Shown: positions 1 to 7,895 of the stretch, one piece after another
Layout: each line of letters opens with the position of its first letter
How positions within the stretch are numbered: position 1 is the first letter of the stretch
Assembly (NCBI GenBank): GCA_964566495.1
Contig: CAZMIT010000028.1
Location: 1 to 15,707, forward strand
Reading direction: 5' to 3'
Source: an uncultured bacterium
GTDB lineage: Bacteria; T1Sed10-126
Length of the DNA stretch: 15,707 nt
Made by a program: the position numbers and the translations under genes
The notes under the pieces: model-generated
Told to the model about the DNA's origin: nothing
Seen by the model: only the letters and a program-made list of their open reading frames with translations
Database searches by the model: none

Positions 1-56
1 CTGACTCCACGACCCAGGTTCTAATCGGCGTGGACTGGCATTCAATCATCAAATAA
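1..56 (+). CDS. Probable 3' end of an upstream gene (partial), possibly a LytR_C-like C-terminus
   Basis: Frame 3 is open from the window edge to TAA at 54-56: DSTTQVLIGVDWHSIIK*. The VxIGxDW ending resembles LytR_C domain termini, but only 17 codons are visible. Confidence 0.3.
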   Translation, partial: DSTTQVLIGVDWHSIIK

Positions 57-109
57 AAAAATCCTGGAGTAAAAACAAAAAGAATAAAAATCGAAAAGTT
101 GACTCCGGA

Positions 110-310
110 GTGAATAAATCAAGCGACGAATCGAAGATAGAGTTGGATTACGAAGTTGGAGAACTAATCAAGCATCCCAAGTTTGGGCGTGGAAGAATAA
201 TTGAAATCCAGGGGAAATCAGGCTCTCCCACAGCAAGCATAAAGTTTGATTCTGTCGGCAAAAAAAGGTTGGCTCTGGCTTATGCCCAACTGGAAAAGTT
301 AGCTAAATAA
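110..310 (+). CDS. Stand-alone PcrA/UvrD C-terminal Tudor-like domain protein
   Basis: YEVGELIKHPKFGRGRIIEIQG...ASIKFDSVGKKRLALAYAQLEKL closely matches the PcrA/UvrD C-terminal domain pattern. An in-frame TGA at 2-4 shows it is not fused to a helicase. Start codon uncertain (GTG 110, or TTG 143). Confidence 0.7.
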   Translation: MNKSSDESKIELDYEVGELIKHPKFGRGRIIEIQGKSGSPTASIKFDSVGKKRLALAYAQLEKLAK

Positions 311-330
311 TTAATTTTTTGGAATAAATT

Positions 331-376
331 GTAACCAGGTTACCCTTATAATAAGTGGACTTGTAACTTGTATAAT
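331..376 (+). promoter_or_regulatory. Candidate promoter/operator region for the 418-2424 genes
   Basis: Two TATAAT hexamers (347-352, 371-376) and a 6-1-6 palindrome GTAACC-A-GGTTAC (331-343). No good -35 box at canonical spacing. Confidence 0.3.
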
Positions 377-417
377 AAATATAGCTCGAAAATATACCAT
401 GAAATGAGGTTTAATTT

Positions 418-729
418 ATGACACAATCAATGAAGGTAGTTATTGTTTTAGTGTTTTGCTTCTTTGTTATAACGATTATAACGCCGCTATCATCAACGGC
501 CTCGGAGCCTTTGGTGGTAACTGCACAAGAAGGTACCACGGAGCTTAGTTTTGAAAAGGAGATCAAGCTGCTCGAAGAGTTGCTTGAGGACTTGAGAACA
601 ATCCGCAATCAAATTAAGGAGTTGCGCGATAGTTTTGATGTCCTGCGAGGTGAGCTCAGCGATCTGGAAGAAAGAATAAATTCAGTCAAAGAACAAATTG
701 ACGAGCTGCGCGAACAAGCAACAAATTAA
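418..729 (+). CDS. Hypothetical exported or membrane-anchored coiled-coil protein
   Basis: SD GAGGT at 406-410. N-terminal hydrophobic signal-like segment (KVVIVLVFCFFVITII...STA), followed by a long Leu/Ile/Glu heptad-repeat region. Confidence 0.75.
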   Translation: MTQSMKVVIVLVFCFFVITIITPLSSTASEPLVVTAQEGTTELSFEKEIKLLEELLEDLRTIRNQIKELRDSFDVLRGELSDLEERINSVKEQIDELREQATN

Positions 730-795
730 AACCGGGGGAATAATTGAGGGGAGTTCCAGGGAACTCGACTTCAAACAAATCCCTTGAGGAGTTGA

Positions 796-1662
796 TTGGC
801 ATTGGAAGTGGTCCCCGGTTACGAATGTATTCCCTGTGTTGCCCGTCTAACCCTTGAAGCACTGGATACAACCGAAGCATCGGAAGAAGTTTGTAAAAAA
901 ATGATGCGGCGGTTACTTCAAGAAGCCGAGCAGCTGCTTGATGACAAAACCGCTCCTCTTGTCGTCGGTAATTTAACTGAATACTTTTGCGAGCTCACCG
1001 GTGAAGCAGATCCTTATAAACAATTCAAGCGCACCTCCGTCAGTTTATCCCTTCAGATATTACCCGGTTTACGTCGACTGGTGGCGGAAAGCCCTGACCC
1101 TGTTCTACGAGCGTTTGAACTGTCCGCGGCCGCCAACGCCATCGATCTTGTTTCTCTTCGAAAAAACGAGTTGCAGCAGCAGATGGAAAAGATTGCCGAG
1201 GCTGGAAAAATTGAAATAAAAAGCGAAGTTATGATTCAATTTCGCCGTGAACTGGAAGAAGCCGGGGAAATATTTTTAATCGGCGACAACACCGCCGAAG
1301 CGGTCTTCGATCTGCTGCTGTTAGAACAGTTAAATGATAAGGAGCTTTATTACGGCGTCCGTGGGGCGCCGGTTTTAAATGACGTGACGAAAGTTGAAGC
1401 CCTGGAGACCGGAATTTATCGCTGGGCCGACATTATTTCCAGTGATTCCTCTGTTCCGGGCACAATTCTTTCGCAGGTGAGTGATGAATTCCTCCAGCAT
1501 TTCAAAGAGGCTGACCTCGTCCTGGCTAAAGGCCAGGGAAACTTCGAATCCCTTGTCGAACCGCCGCGTCCCGTCTATCATCTATTTAAGGTCAAATGTA
1601 AACCATTAGCCACCCGGCTGGAATACGATTTGGATGATTATGTTCTGATAAGCCGTAGCTAA
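796..1662 (+). CDS. DUF89/ARMT1-like damage-control metal-dependent phosphatase (subfamily I-like)
   Basis: Motifs ECIPC, DPYK, NAID, DNTAE (DNxGE-like), LNDVT, KGQGNFESL and FKVKC. SD GAGGAG at 786-791; start TTG at 796 or 802. Confidence 0.9.
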   Translation: MALEVVPGYECIPCVARLTLEALDTTEASEEVCKKMMRRLLQEAEQLLDDKTAPLVVGNLTEYFCELTGEADPYKQFKRTSVSLSLQILPGLRRLVAESPDPVLRAFELSAAANAIDLVSLRKNELQQQMEKIAEAGKIEIKSEVMIQFRRELEEAGEIFLIGDNTAEAVFDLLLLEQLNDKELYYGVRGAPVLNDVTKVEALETGIYRWADIISSDSSVPGTILSQVSDEFLQHFKEADLVLAKGQGNFESLVEPPRPVYHLFKVKCKPLATRLEYDLDDYVLISRS

Positions 1663-1683
1663 CAAATATCTGGAGTAGTGGAT

Positions 1684-2424
1684 ATGGGAACTTACACAGC
1701 TGTGATTAACGACTGTCTTTACCTTAACTTTGCAGTTAAACCCTCCGAAATTGAGCGTCTTCTACCGCCGGGCGTCGAACTTGACCTTCGTCATTATCGA
1801 GGCCGCAAGTGGGGCTTCTTTTCTGTTTTACTTTATAGCTGTGACCGGCTTGCACTCGCCGGAATGGGCTGGCCGCGCTTCAGCTTTTTTGGCGCCGAGA
1901 CTCGTATTTATATTATTGATGACAGCCAGACCCCCAGCGCTTATCTTATCCGTGAGTATTTGCCCTGGTTATATTCCAACCTGGTAAAATTCTACTGTAA
2001 AATGCCTACCTGTAAGATGAACTTTGACTATCCGCGCAGCGTCCACCCGGGAGGAGTTTACAGCTGGAACATCGAGGGGAGCGGAGCCGGGGCTGTGAAA
2101 GTTAAAATTAACGAAAGCAAAGCGTCAATGGGACAACTTGCCGATTACTTTTCATCGCAAGAGGCGGCCCGCGATTTTTTTACAAGACGACCAAATTATT
2201 ACTATGCAGCTACCAGAGACAATGTAAGAAACTTAAAAATTTCAGCTTCCTATGGCAAAAAACTTGAGATAGATATACAGCAGTGGGAGCTTGGCTTTAC
2301 CGCCTCTGATCTTGAACGCCATCGTTTTCCCGAAGCGGTAAGCGGCTGTTTTTATGCACCAGAAATCCGCCAGGAAATAAGTGGTCCCCACAAAGAGTCG
2401 CTTTCCTGTCTCACCGGGGCCTGA
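1684..2424 (+). CDS. DUF2071 (YqjF-like) family protein
   Basis: N-terminal LYLNFAVKPSEIERLLPPGVELD...WGFFSVL and ETRIYI resemble DUF2071. GGAG at 1672-1675 favours ATG 1684 over GTG 1678. Confidence 0.65.
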   Translation: MGTYTAVINDCLYLNFAVKPSEIERLLPPGVELDLRHYRGRKWGFFSVLLYSCDRLALAGMGWPRFSFFGAETRIYIIDDSQTPSAYLIREYLPWLYSNLVKFYCKMPTCKMNFDYPRSVHPGGVYSWNIEGSGAGAVKVKINESKASMGQLADYFSSQEAARDFFTRRPNYYYAATRDNVRNLKISASYGKKLEIDIQQWELGFTASDLERHRFPEAVSGCFYAPEIRQEISGPHKESLSCLTGA

Positions 2425-2425
2425 C

Positions 2426-2532
2426 TAACCCACTTAGCCCCACCAGCTCTTTCCAAGTAAAGGGCTGGGAAGCTGGGTGTCCTGTGGACGGATAATTCAC
2501 GACAGTGGTGTTGTCGTGAATATCCGGGCTAA
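2426..2532. repeat. Four-way-junction repeat, copy A (single module X)
   Basis: TAACCC-[ACTTAGC...GCTGGGT]-[GTCC TGT GGAC]-[GGATAATTCACGACAG...TTGTCGTGAATATCC]-GGGCTA. Homologous to 9422-9502 (same strand) and to the reverse complement of 13633-13740. Confidence 0.92.
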
Positions 2533-3941
2533 TCACCTTTGATAACAGCGAGGGGCTCAAGCCGGGCAATCTTCTGTGTGACGTTGATCTCAGCCAGGGT
2601 GTCAACGACGGCATCAATATTTTTGTAAGCTCCGGGTGCTTCGTCCAGCACCTGGTTTGGCCGGGCACCGTAAATCGGGATCGATCCCATCCGCTCGTTC
2701 AATTTATTACGGTCAAACTTCTTTTTAGCGGCTGTTCGGGACATTATCCGACCGGCACCATGATTAACCGAATAATAGAGCTTTTTAACGTTAGAGCCTG
2801 CAGTTAGGACGTAGGAACTGCTGCCCATATTACCCGGGACCAGAACCGGATGACCGGTATCCTTGAAAACTTCCGGGCACTCCCGGTGTTCACCGGGTAA
2901 AGCGCGCACGGCTCCCTTACGATGGATTAGATACCGGCGTCCATCAAACTCTTCAAACCGTGCCAGGTTGTGAGAAATATCATAAAGTATTTCTAACTCA
3001 CCGCCGCCGGTAATCTCGGCTCGATCCTCAAAGCTACGCCGGATTATTTCAGTCATAACCTGTCGATTAGCGTAGGCAAAGTTGGCTGCCGCCGCCATTG
3101 CCTGACGATATTCGCGGCCACACTGGGATTCAATTGGCGCCGCGGCCAGACCCTTATTAGGCAGTTTTACACCCATTTTATTTGCTTTCTGTTGCATCTG
3201 ATTGGAAAAGTCTTTGCAGATCTGGTGTCCGAATCCGCGACTTCCAGAGTGCACCTGCAGCGCGAGCTGCCCCGCGTTCAAGCCAAACCTTTGTGCGCTT
3301 TCTTTATCGTATATTTCAGCCACCCGGTTGAGCTCAATGAAGTGATTACCACCACCGAGAGTTCCCAGCTGGTGCATACGCTCTCGCGCCCGAGCAGATA
3401 GAGGTGCTACCGATGCCCCCGGATAATTCCCCTTGTCCTGAATATGGTTCAGGTCCGCTTTCGAGGCCAGGCCGAGGCGGGTGAGGTATTCTACTCCGTT
3501 CTCGGCTATCTTTTTCAGATGGCTTTTCAGAGTGTTTTGCAGCGGACTGGTGGTGCCAATACCGGTAGGAATTTGGCCGGCTATGGTGCGCATAAGCTGG
3601 TTGCGTTCCTCTACCGCCAGATCCCCTTCCTGCAAACCGGTCTTCAACAGCCGAACTCCACAGTTTATATCCATCCCCACGGCCCCGGCAGAAATCAATC
3701 CTTTATCAGCGTCCATTACCATGACGCCGCCAATTGGTATACCAAACCCCTGGTGAAGATCGGGCATCCCCACTACTGCCTCGACTCCCTGCATCGAAGC
3801 GGCGTCACATAGTTGTTTGAGTGAGTCGTCCTCCTGGACGAGGTCGAGCAGGGCGGGGCTTAGATATAGACTCACATCGCGCCGCATACCTGAATGTTTT
3901 CTGATTGTGTATTCGTTTGTGCCAACTTTTTCAAGTTCCAT
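2529..3941 (-). CDS. rtcB: RNA-splicing/repair ligase RtcB (3'-phosphate/5'-OH ligase)
   Basis: Full motif set PDLHQG, VGMDINCG, GGGNHF, HSGSRG, SHN, HRKGA, PGNMG, HGAGR, DEAPGAYK and terminal KG. SD GGAGGT before the ATG. Confidence 0.97.
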   Translation of the reverse strand: MELEKVGTNEYTIRKHSGMRRDVSLYLSPALLDLVQEDDSLKQLCDAASMQGVEAVVGMPDLHQGFGIPIGGVMVMDADKGLISAGAVGMDINCGVRLLKTGLQEGDLAVEERNQLMRTIAGQIPTGIGTTSPLQNTLKSHLKKIAENGVEYLTRLGLASKADLNHIQDKGNYPGASVAPLSARARERMHQLGTLGGGNHFIELNRVAEIYDKESAQRFGLNAGQLALQVHSGSRGFGHQICKDFSNQMQQKANKMGVKLPNKGLAAAPIESQCGREYRQAMAAAANFAYANRQVMTEIIRRSFEDRAEITGGGELEILYDISHNLARFEEFDGRRYLIHRKGAVRALPGEHRECPEVFKDTGHPVLVPGNMGSSSYVLTAGSNVKKLYYSVNHGAGRIMSRTAAKKKFDRNKLNERMGSIPIYGARPNQVLDEAPGAYKNIDAVVDTLAEINVTQKIARLEPLAVIKGD

Positions 3942-4033
3942 ACTTGCACCTCCAGTTAAAGTGACGTGCTTGTTTGGCGTGCTCCTGACAAAATTTCCCG
4001 GGTTTCGTCACCCCGGGCAAGCGCCCCGAAAAC

Positions 4034-4087
4034 CATCCCCCCATTCTTTTTTCCCCCTTGAAGGGGGGAAGACAAAGGGGGGGAATG
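4034..4087. repeat. C-run/G-run nested hairpin (REP-like)
   Basis: Outer arms CATCCCCCC / GGGGGGGAATG enclose TTCCCCCTT-G-AAGGGGGGAA. Confidence 0.55.
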
Positions 4088-4095
4088 AATTGCAC

Positions 4096-4166
4096 GTCAT
4101 TCCGGCTCGGGGCACGCAATGACGATCGTTCGGTCAAGCCCGGGGACGTCATACGTTCCCACAATT
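4096..4166 (-). repeat. GTCATT...AATGAC REP-like units, including a 19-bp subunit
   Basis: GTCATTCCGG...GCAATGAC at 4096-4123. The reverse complement of 4131-4160 (GGGAACGTATGACGTCCCCGGGCTTGACCG) matches 12187-12214. Confidence 0.75.
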
Positions 4167-4342
4167 ACCCGGTGGGCGTTAAACAATCACAAAGCGATGA
4201 GAATAGTCTCTTGTTTTCGTCTGATTTATTATAAAATAACTATCGCTTAAAATCAGCCTGATTAGTGATAAAACAAAACCTTCCAATATCATTTTGGACA
4301 CGGAACGTATTGACCGTCGAACCGAAATCGAATTATTAATCA

Positions 4343-4451
4343 GGACACAGATTAACACGGATAAACACGGATTTTTTGGGAAAACACTCAGAGTTATTTT
4401 TTAAAAAACAGTTGTTTGTTCATCCGTGGTGATCTGTGTTTATCCGTGTCC
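4343..4451. repeat. Inverted repeat built from three tandem ~10-bp ACAC(A/G)GAT units per arm
   Basis: Left arm GGACACAGATTAACACGGATAAACACGGAT (4343-4372), right arm ATCCGTGGTGATCTGTGTTTATCCGTGTCC (4422-4451), with a 49-bp AT-rich spacer. Confidence 0.85.
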
Positions 4452-4545
4452 CGTATACTAGAGAACATGGATTGCAGGTCAATCTTGCAGCGATGAAATC
4501 GTTGGAAGATAGACAGGAATTAAAAATTCTAACGGAGGTGGCATT

Positions 4546-5364
4546 ATGTCACGTTACTTTACTGAAAAGAAACTCCCCGGTATTGGATTGGGAACCTGGG
4601 AAAATACTGATCCGGCTAAGTGCGCTCAAAGCGTTGAAACGGCAATTAGTGTTGGTTATCGCCATATCGATACGGCCCAATTTTATGGGAATGAGAAGGC
4701 GGTTGGAAAAGGAATCGCCTCTAGCGGCATAGCCCGAGAGGAGCTGTTTGTCGCCACTAAAATATGGATTAAATCGCTCGACCGAGCTGGTGCCCACAAT
4801 TCCACCCGGGAGAGCCTGGAAAAACTTGGCCTGGATTATCTCGATTGTCTGTATGTTCACTGGCCAGCCGGCAATTATAACTGCCGGGAAACGCTACCGG
4901 CGATAAAAGAACTCCAGGGCGAGGGACTTGTGCGGCAGATAGGCGTGAGTAACTTTACTATTGAACTAATGGAAGAAGCCCTGGAGATTCTGGAGGGTAA
5001 TATTTTTGCCAACCAGGTGGAGATGCATCCTTTACTCCAACAGCGCCGGTTGCATGAGTATCTTATCGAGCGTAACATATACCTGGTTGCTTACTCTCCC
5101 TTCCGCCACGGGACAATTTTTGACCACCCCGAGCTGAATGAGATTGCCAAAAAATACAACGTCTCAGTAGCACAGGTAATCCTTGCCTGGCAGCTGGAAA
5201 AAAAGAACCTCATCACAATACCCAAGGCTACATCCGTCGAACATATCAAAAGTAATTTTGCCGCAATGCAGCTCCGGCTTGAGGACGATGATCGCAAGCG
5301 AATTGATGCTCTTGACTGCGGGGATCGTTACGTTGATCCGCCGATCGCTCCCTGGAAAGGATGA
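4546..5364 (+). CDS. Aldo/keto reductase (2,5-diketo-D-gluconate reductase-like)
   Basis: GLGTW, GYRHIDTAQFYGNE, ATK, VHWP (D/Y/K/H catalytic tetrad), IGVSNF, NQVE, AYSP and IPK motifs. SD GGAGGT. Confidence 0.95.
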   Translation: MSRYFTEKKLPGIGLGTWENTDPAKCAQSVETAISVGYRHIDTAQFYGNEKAVGKGIASSGIAREELFVATKIWIKSLDRAGAHNSTRESLEKLGLDYLDCLYVHWPAGNYNCRETLPAIKELQGEGLVRQIGVSNFTIELMEEALEILEGNIFANQVEMHPLLQQRRLHEYLIERNIYLVAYSPFRHGTIFDHPELNEIAKKYNVSVAQVILAWQLEKKNLITIPKATSVEHIKSNFAAMQLRLEDDDRKRIDALDCGDRYVDPPIAPWKG

Positions 5365-5371
5365 GAAACTA

Positions 5372-5782
5372 ATGGAACAGAGCGAAATAAAAATCTCGAC
5401 CAGCGGTTACGCTGACGTAAAAGACTTAAGTGGCCCGATCAATTCCTTTTTGAGCAAAGTAGGTGGGGAGGGACTGCTCACGGTTTCCGTTCCGGGAGCA
5501 ACAGCGGGAGTGACTACGATTGAATATGAATCAGGCTGTATAGCTGATCTCCAGGAAGCACTGGAGGAGATAGCTCCTGCGGACGCTCACTACGAGCACA
5601 ACAAGAAGTGGGGGGACGGTAATGGGTTTTCTCACCTGCGGGCTGCGCTGCTGGGACCCGGAGTTACTCTCCCGTTTAAGGACGGTGAGCTACAGACAGG
5701 GACCTGGCAGCAGGTGGTGGTTGTTGACTGTGACAACAAAAGCCGTGAGCGCCGAATTTTGTTGTCCGCCTTGTCTGCTTAA
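5372..5782 (+). CDS. yjbQ: YjbQ (UPF0047) family protein
   Basis: PGATAGVTTIEYE, YEHN...GDGNGFSHLRAALLG and GTWQQVVVVDCD motifs. The likely start is ATG 5372, just after the AKR stop, not 5183. Confidence 0.92.
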   Translation: MEQSEIKISTSGYADVKDLSGPINSFLSKVGGEGLLTVSVPGATAGVTTIEYESGCIADLQEALEEIAPADAHYEHNKKWGDGNGFSHLRAALLGPGVTLPFKDGELQTGTWQQVVVVDCDNKSRERRILLSALSA

Positions 5783-5883
5783 AAAATTATATGGTATAGC
5801 GACAGCGGAACAAGCGACCAAATTAATAACGGAGTATTGATGTATCGGGGTATGAGGTAAGGTTTGCTGCAGAACCAAAATAT

Positions 5884-6423
5884 TTAAAAGAGTAGTGGTA
5901 TCAAAGCGGGCAGAAGGGAACCAAGGAAGGCCTGGGGGAGAGTGGTTCGATTGACGCGGTATATCAAGTAAGTCGTCAAGAAAAGGCAGTGTAGGAGTGT
6001 GAGAACGTAGGGGATAAAAAAGCCTAAAGGAATGAGATTCCAGATTCCGGTTACCAGTCCGCCAGCAGCGATGCTGAAGGCCATTTCCCGTTCACTAAAT
6101 TTAACCCGACTCATCCGATAATACAGATAAATAAGCAGTCCCCGTATGAACCAGACAAGTATTACAATTAGTCCCTGGATTATCATAAAGAGGCCAAAAC
6201 GAACGGCGAAAGGAATAGCCAGTTCGCTCTCCTCGGCGGCAAAAGATATAAAAGAAAAAATTGAGCTGACTTCTTCCGGGCTATCGATAACCAGGCGTAG
6301 TATTATCGCCAGATAGGGAATTAGCAGGCCCCATTTTAGCCAGAGGGTTACACGTCGCCAGACGCGAACCGGGTATTTGTTAAAAAGAGAGGCAGGATAA
6401 AAAAAGAGACGGATGGGTATCAT
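5884..6423 (-). CDS. Multi-pass membrane protein, Yip1-like
   Basis: About five hydrophobic segments. The N-terminal 'LFFYPASLF' and C-terminal 'TTLPQAFLGSLLP' pattern resembles Yip1-type proteins. SD-like AAGGA upstream. Confidence 0.6.
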   Translation of the reverse strand: MIPIRLFFYPASLFNKYPVRVWRRVTLWLKWGLLIPYLAIILRLVIDSPEEVSSIFSFISFAAEESELAIPFAVRFGLFMIIQGLIVILVWFIRGLLIYLYYRMSRVKFSEREMAFSIAAGGLVTGIWNLIPLGFFIPYVLTLLHCLFLTTYLIYRVNRTTLPQAFLGSLLPALIPLLF

Positions 6424-6452
6424 AAATCATTCATTCCTTCAGTTTTACTAAC

Positions 6453-6535
6453 TGTTTTTTTATGAGAACTATGAGACAATCGTTTAACTGTACACCTGTT
6501 CCGGTGAGAGGCGGTCCAGCATGTGGATGATTGTT
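6453..6535 (-). mobile_element. Possible degenerate IS481/IS3-type transposase tail plus terminal repeat
   Basis: Minus-strand peptide HMLDRLSPEQVYS* ends at 6484, next to a 26-bp TGT...ACA segment (6453-6478). Short and weak evidence. Confidence 0.25.
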
Positions 6536-6590
6536 CAGGTCAGCATAATTGTCGATCATAGCTCAGTCGTAATTGTTTAGCGATTCCGGT

Positions 6591-6625
6591 GACATTGCGG
6601 GAACGAATAACGTCCCAAGGCTTGA
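6591..6625 (+). repeat. Partial REP-like unit with the 19-bp subunit
   Basis: GGAACGAATAACGTCCCAAGG (6600-6620) is identical to 12168-12188. Flanked by GACATTGC and CTTGA. Confidence 0.8.
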
Positions 6626-6650
6626 ACTCCAACAAACAAATACGCTCAGG

Positions 6651-7511
6651 CTAATACTTGCGGCTAACTATCGTCAAGTATGACTGCAGCTCTTTTTCTC
6701 GCTGGGTATTACCTTGCCGGTGAAAAATATCCATTAGCTCTCGTAAAAGCCGCTGTAACAGCTGCTTGTTAGTCAACGGTTCCAGATATTCTTCTACAAA
6801 ATCAAAACCGGTTCCCTCAAGATATTCGCGACAATCGCCGCGAGTCAGCAGTTTTCCCTCGAAAAAGGGATCCATAAATAAAACCTCTGAATCCCCCTCA
6901 AAACGAAGAAAGGCGTGAACCGGTAGTCCAATAATTTGAAAAGGCAGTTTAACCCGGTCACAGATGAGTTTGATCAAACAGCAGAGAGCCAGCGGGCTGG
7001 CTGTTTTGCGTTCCAGGATCCAGTTTAAAAAGTAATAGTTAGGATCATCTTCTTCCGCGGTCGATATGCCTTTGAATCCATGCTTCTTCAGCAGAACGTC
7101 TCGCACTACCTTTACGCGCGTGTGATCGTCAATTGACTCCCAGCGTCGCAGCTCTTTGTTCACATCCGCAGCAAGCGAACTGAGACGAGAGGTGACTTGT
7201 TTGATGTTAAAATCCGGGAAACCAACCCGGGTAAAAGCAAACAGAGCCGGTTCAAAAATAAGAGCTTTATCCTCTCTGTCGACGGGAAGGTTTCGAAAAG
7301 TGCTGTGTAATAGCCGAGGCTCTATCTGTTCTAAAATCTGTTCAAGACGAACTCTAACTTTAGCCGGCTGATTGCTGAGGTCGGCTTTGATATAGGGGGA
7401 GGCCTGCTCACCTATCTCCAGCAGGTGTTTTTCTGCCTGGCGGGCTATTCGTTCGTCTTCGTCAGCAAGCAGTGTTACAAGAGCGTCAACGGTGGTACTC
7501 TGGTCTTGCAT
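6651..7511 (-). CDS. SirB1/transglutaminase-like (Transglut_core2) protein with N-terminal HEAT-like helices
   Basis: HGFKG...DDPNYYFLNWILERK, SPLAL, GLPVHAFLR, FMDPF..G and LLQRLLREL motifs. SD GAGGAG. Confidence 0.85.
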   Translation of the reverse strand: MQDQSTTVDALVTLLADEDERIARQAEKHLLEIGEQASPYIKADLSNQPAKVRVRLEQILEQIEPRLLHSTFRNLPVDREDKALIFEPALFAFTRVGFPDFNIKQVTSRLSSLAADVNKELRRWESIDDHTRVKVVRDVLLKKHGFKGISTAEEDDPNYYFLNWILERKTASPLALCCLIKLICDRVKLPFQIIGLPVHAFLRFEGDSEVLFMDPFFEGKLLTRGDCREYLEGTGFDFVEEYLEPLTNKQLLQRLLRELMDIFHRQGNTQREKELQSYLTIVSRKY

Positions 7512-7540
7512 TTATATATTCACTCCTCGCCCGGCGACGC

Positions 7541-7804
7541 TTATGTCTCTTTTACTCGCCGGTAGGAGAACTGGGGAACAAAAGCCGGAAGTTCCCAGGT
7601 ACGGGGCTTTGTCTCCAACCAGGCGACTACCTGTCGAGCTCTGATACGTTGTTTAAAATTCAATTGTGAAAGCTGGTGCTCGATCTTCTCGCTGATTGAC
7701 GGATCAAGCTCCAGAAGCTGCCGCCGCGCTGTCGCTGCAATTTTTGGGTTTGGATCCCCGAGCAGTGAGAGCAGCGCCTGAACTTTGTCTTTCTCTTTTC
7801 CCAC
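7541..7804 (-). CDS. Small HEAT-like protein paralogous to the N-terminus of the downstream gene
   Basis: SD GGGAGG 7 nt before the GTG. VQALLSLLGDPNPKIAATARRQLLEL aligns with VDALVTLLADEDERIARQAEKHLLEI. Confidence 0.75.
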   Translation of the reverse strand: MGKEKDKVQALLSLLGDPNPKIAATARRQLLELDPSISEKIEHQLSQLNFKQRIRARQVVAWLETKPRTWELPAFVPQFSYRRVKET

Positions 7805-7895
7805 TTAACTGCCTCCCGATAAAGGTTGATTACATTACTATTTATCGAAAGACAGCGGAAAATTCTGGAGCAAAAATTAAGCTGACGCGCTACGC

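Noticed and set aside
2..310. TGA read-through (alternative genetic code) making this the end of a full pcrA
   Set aside because: TGA terminates several clearly complete genes here (ends at 2424, 5364, 7896, 10311, 12538), and no long gene contains an in-frame TGA.
3942..4200. Sigma-54 promoter for rtcB
   Set aside because: No correctly spaced GG-N10-GC consensus was recognised on the rtcB strand, and no RtcR is nearby.
5183..5371. N-terminal extension of YjbQ given by the ORF track
   Set aside because: It overlaps the AKR gene; family similarity begins at ATG 5372.
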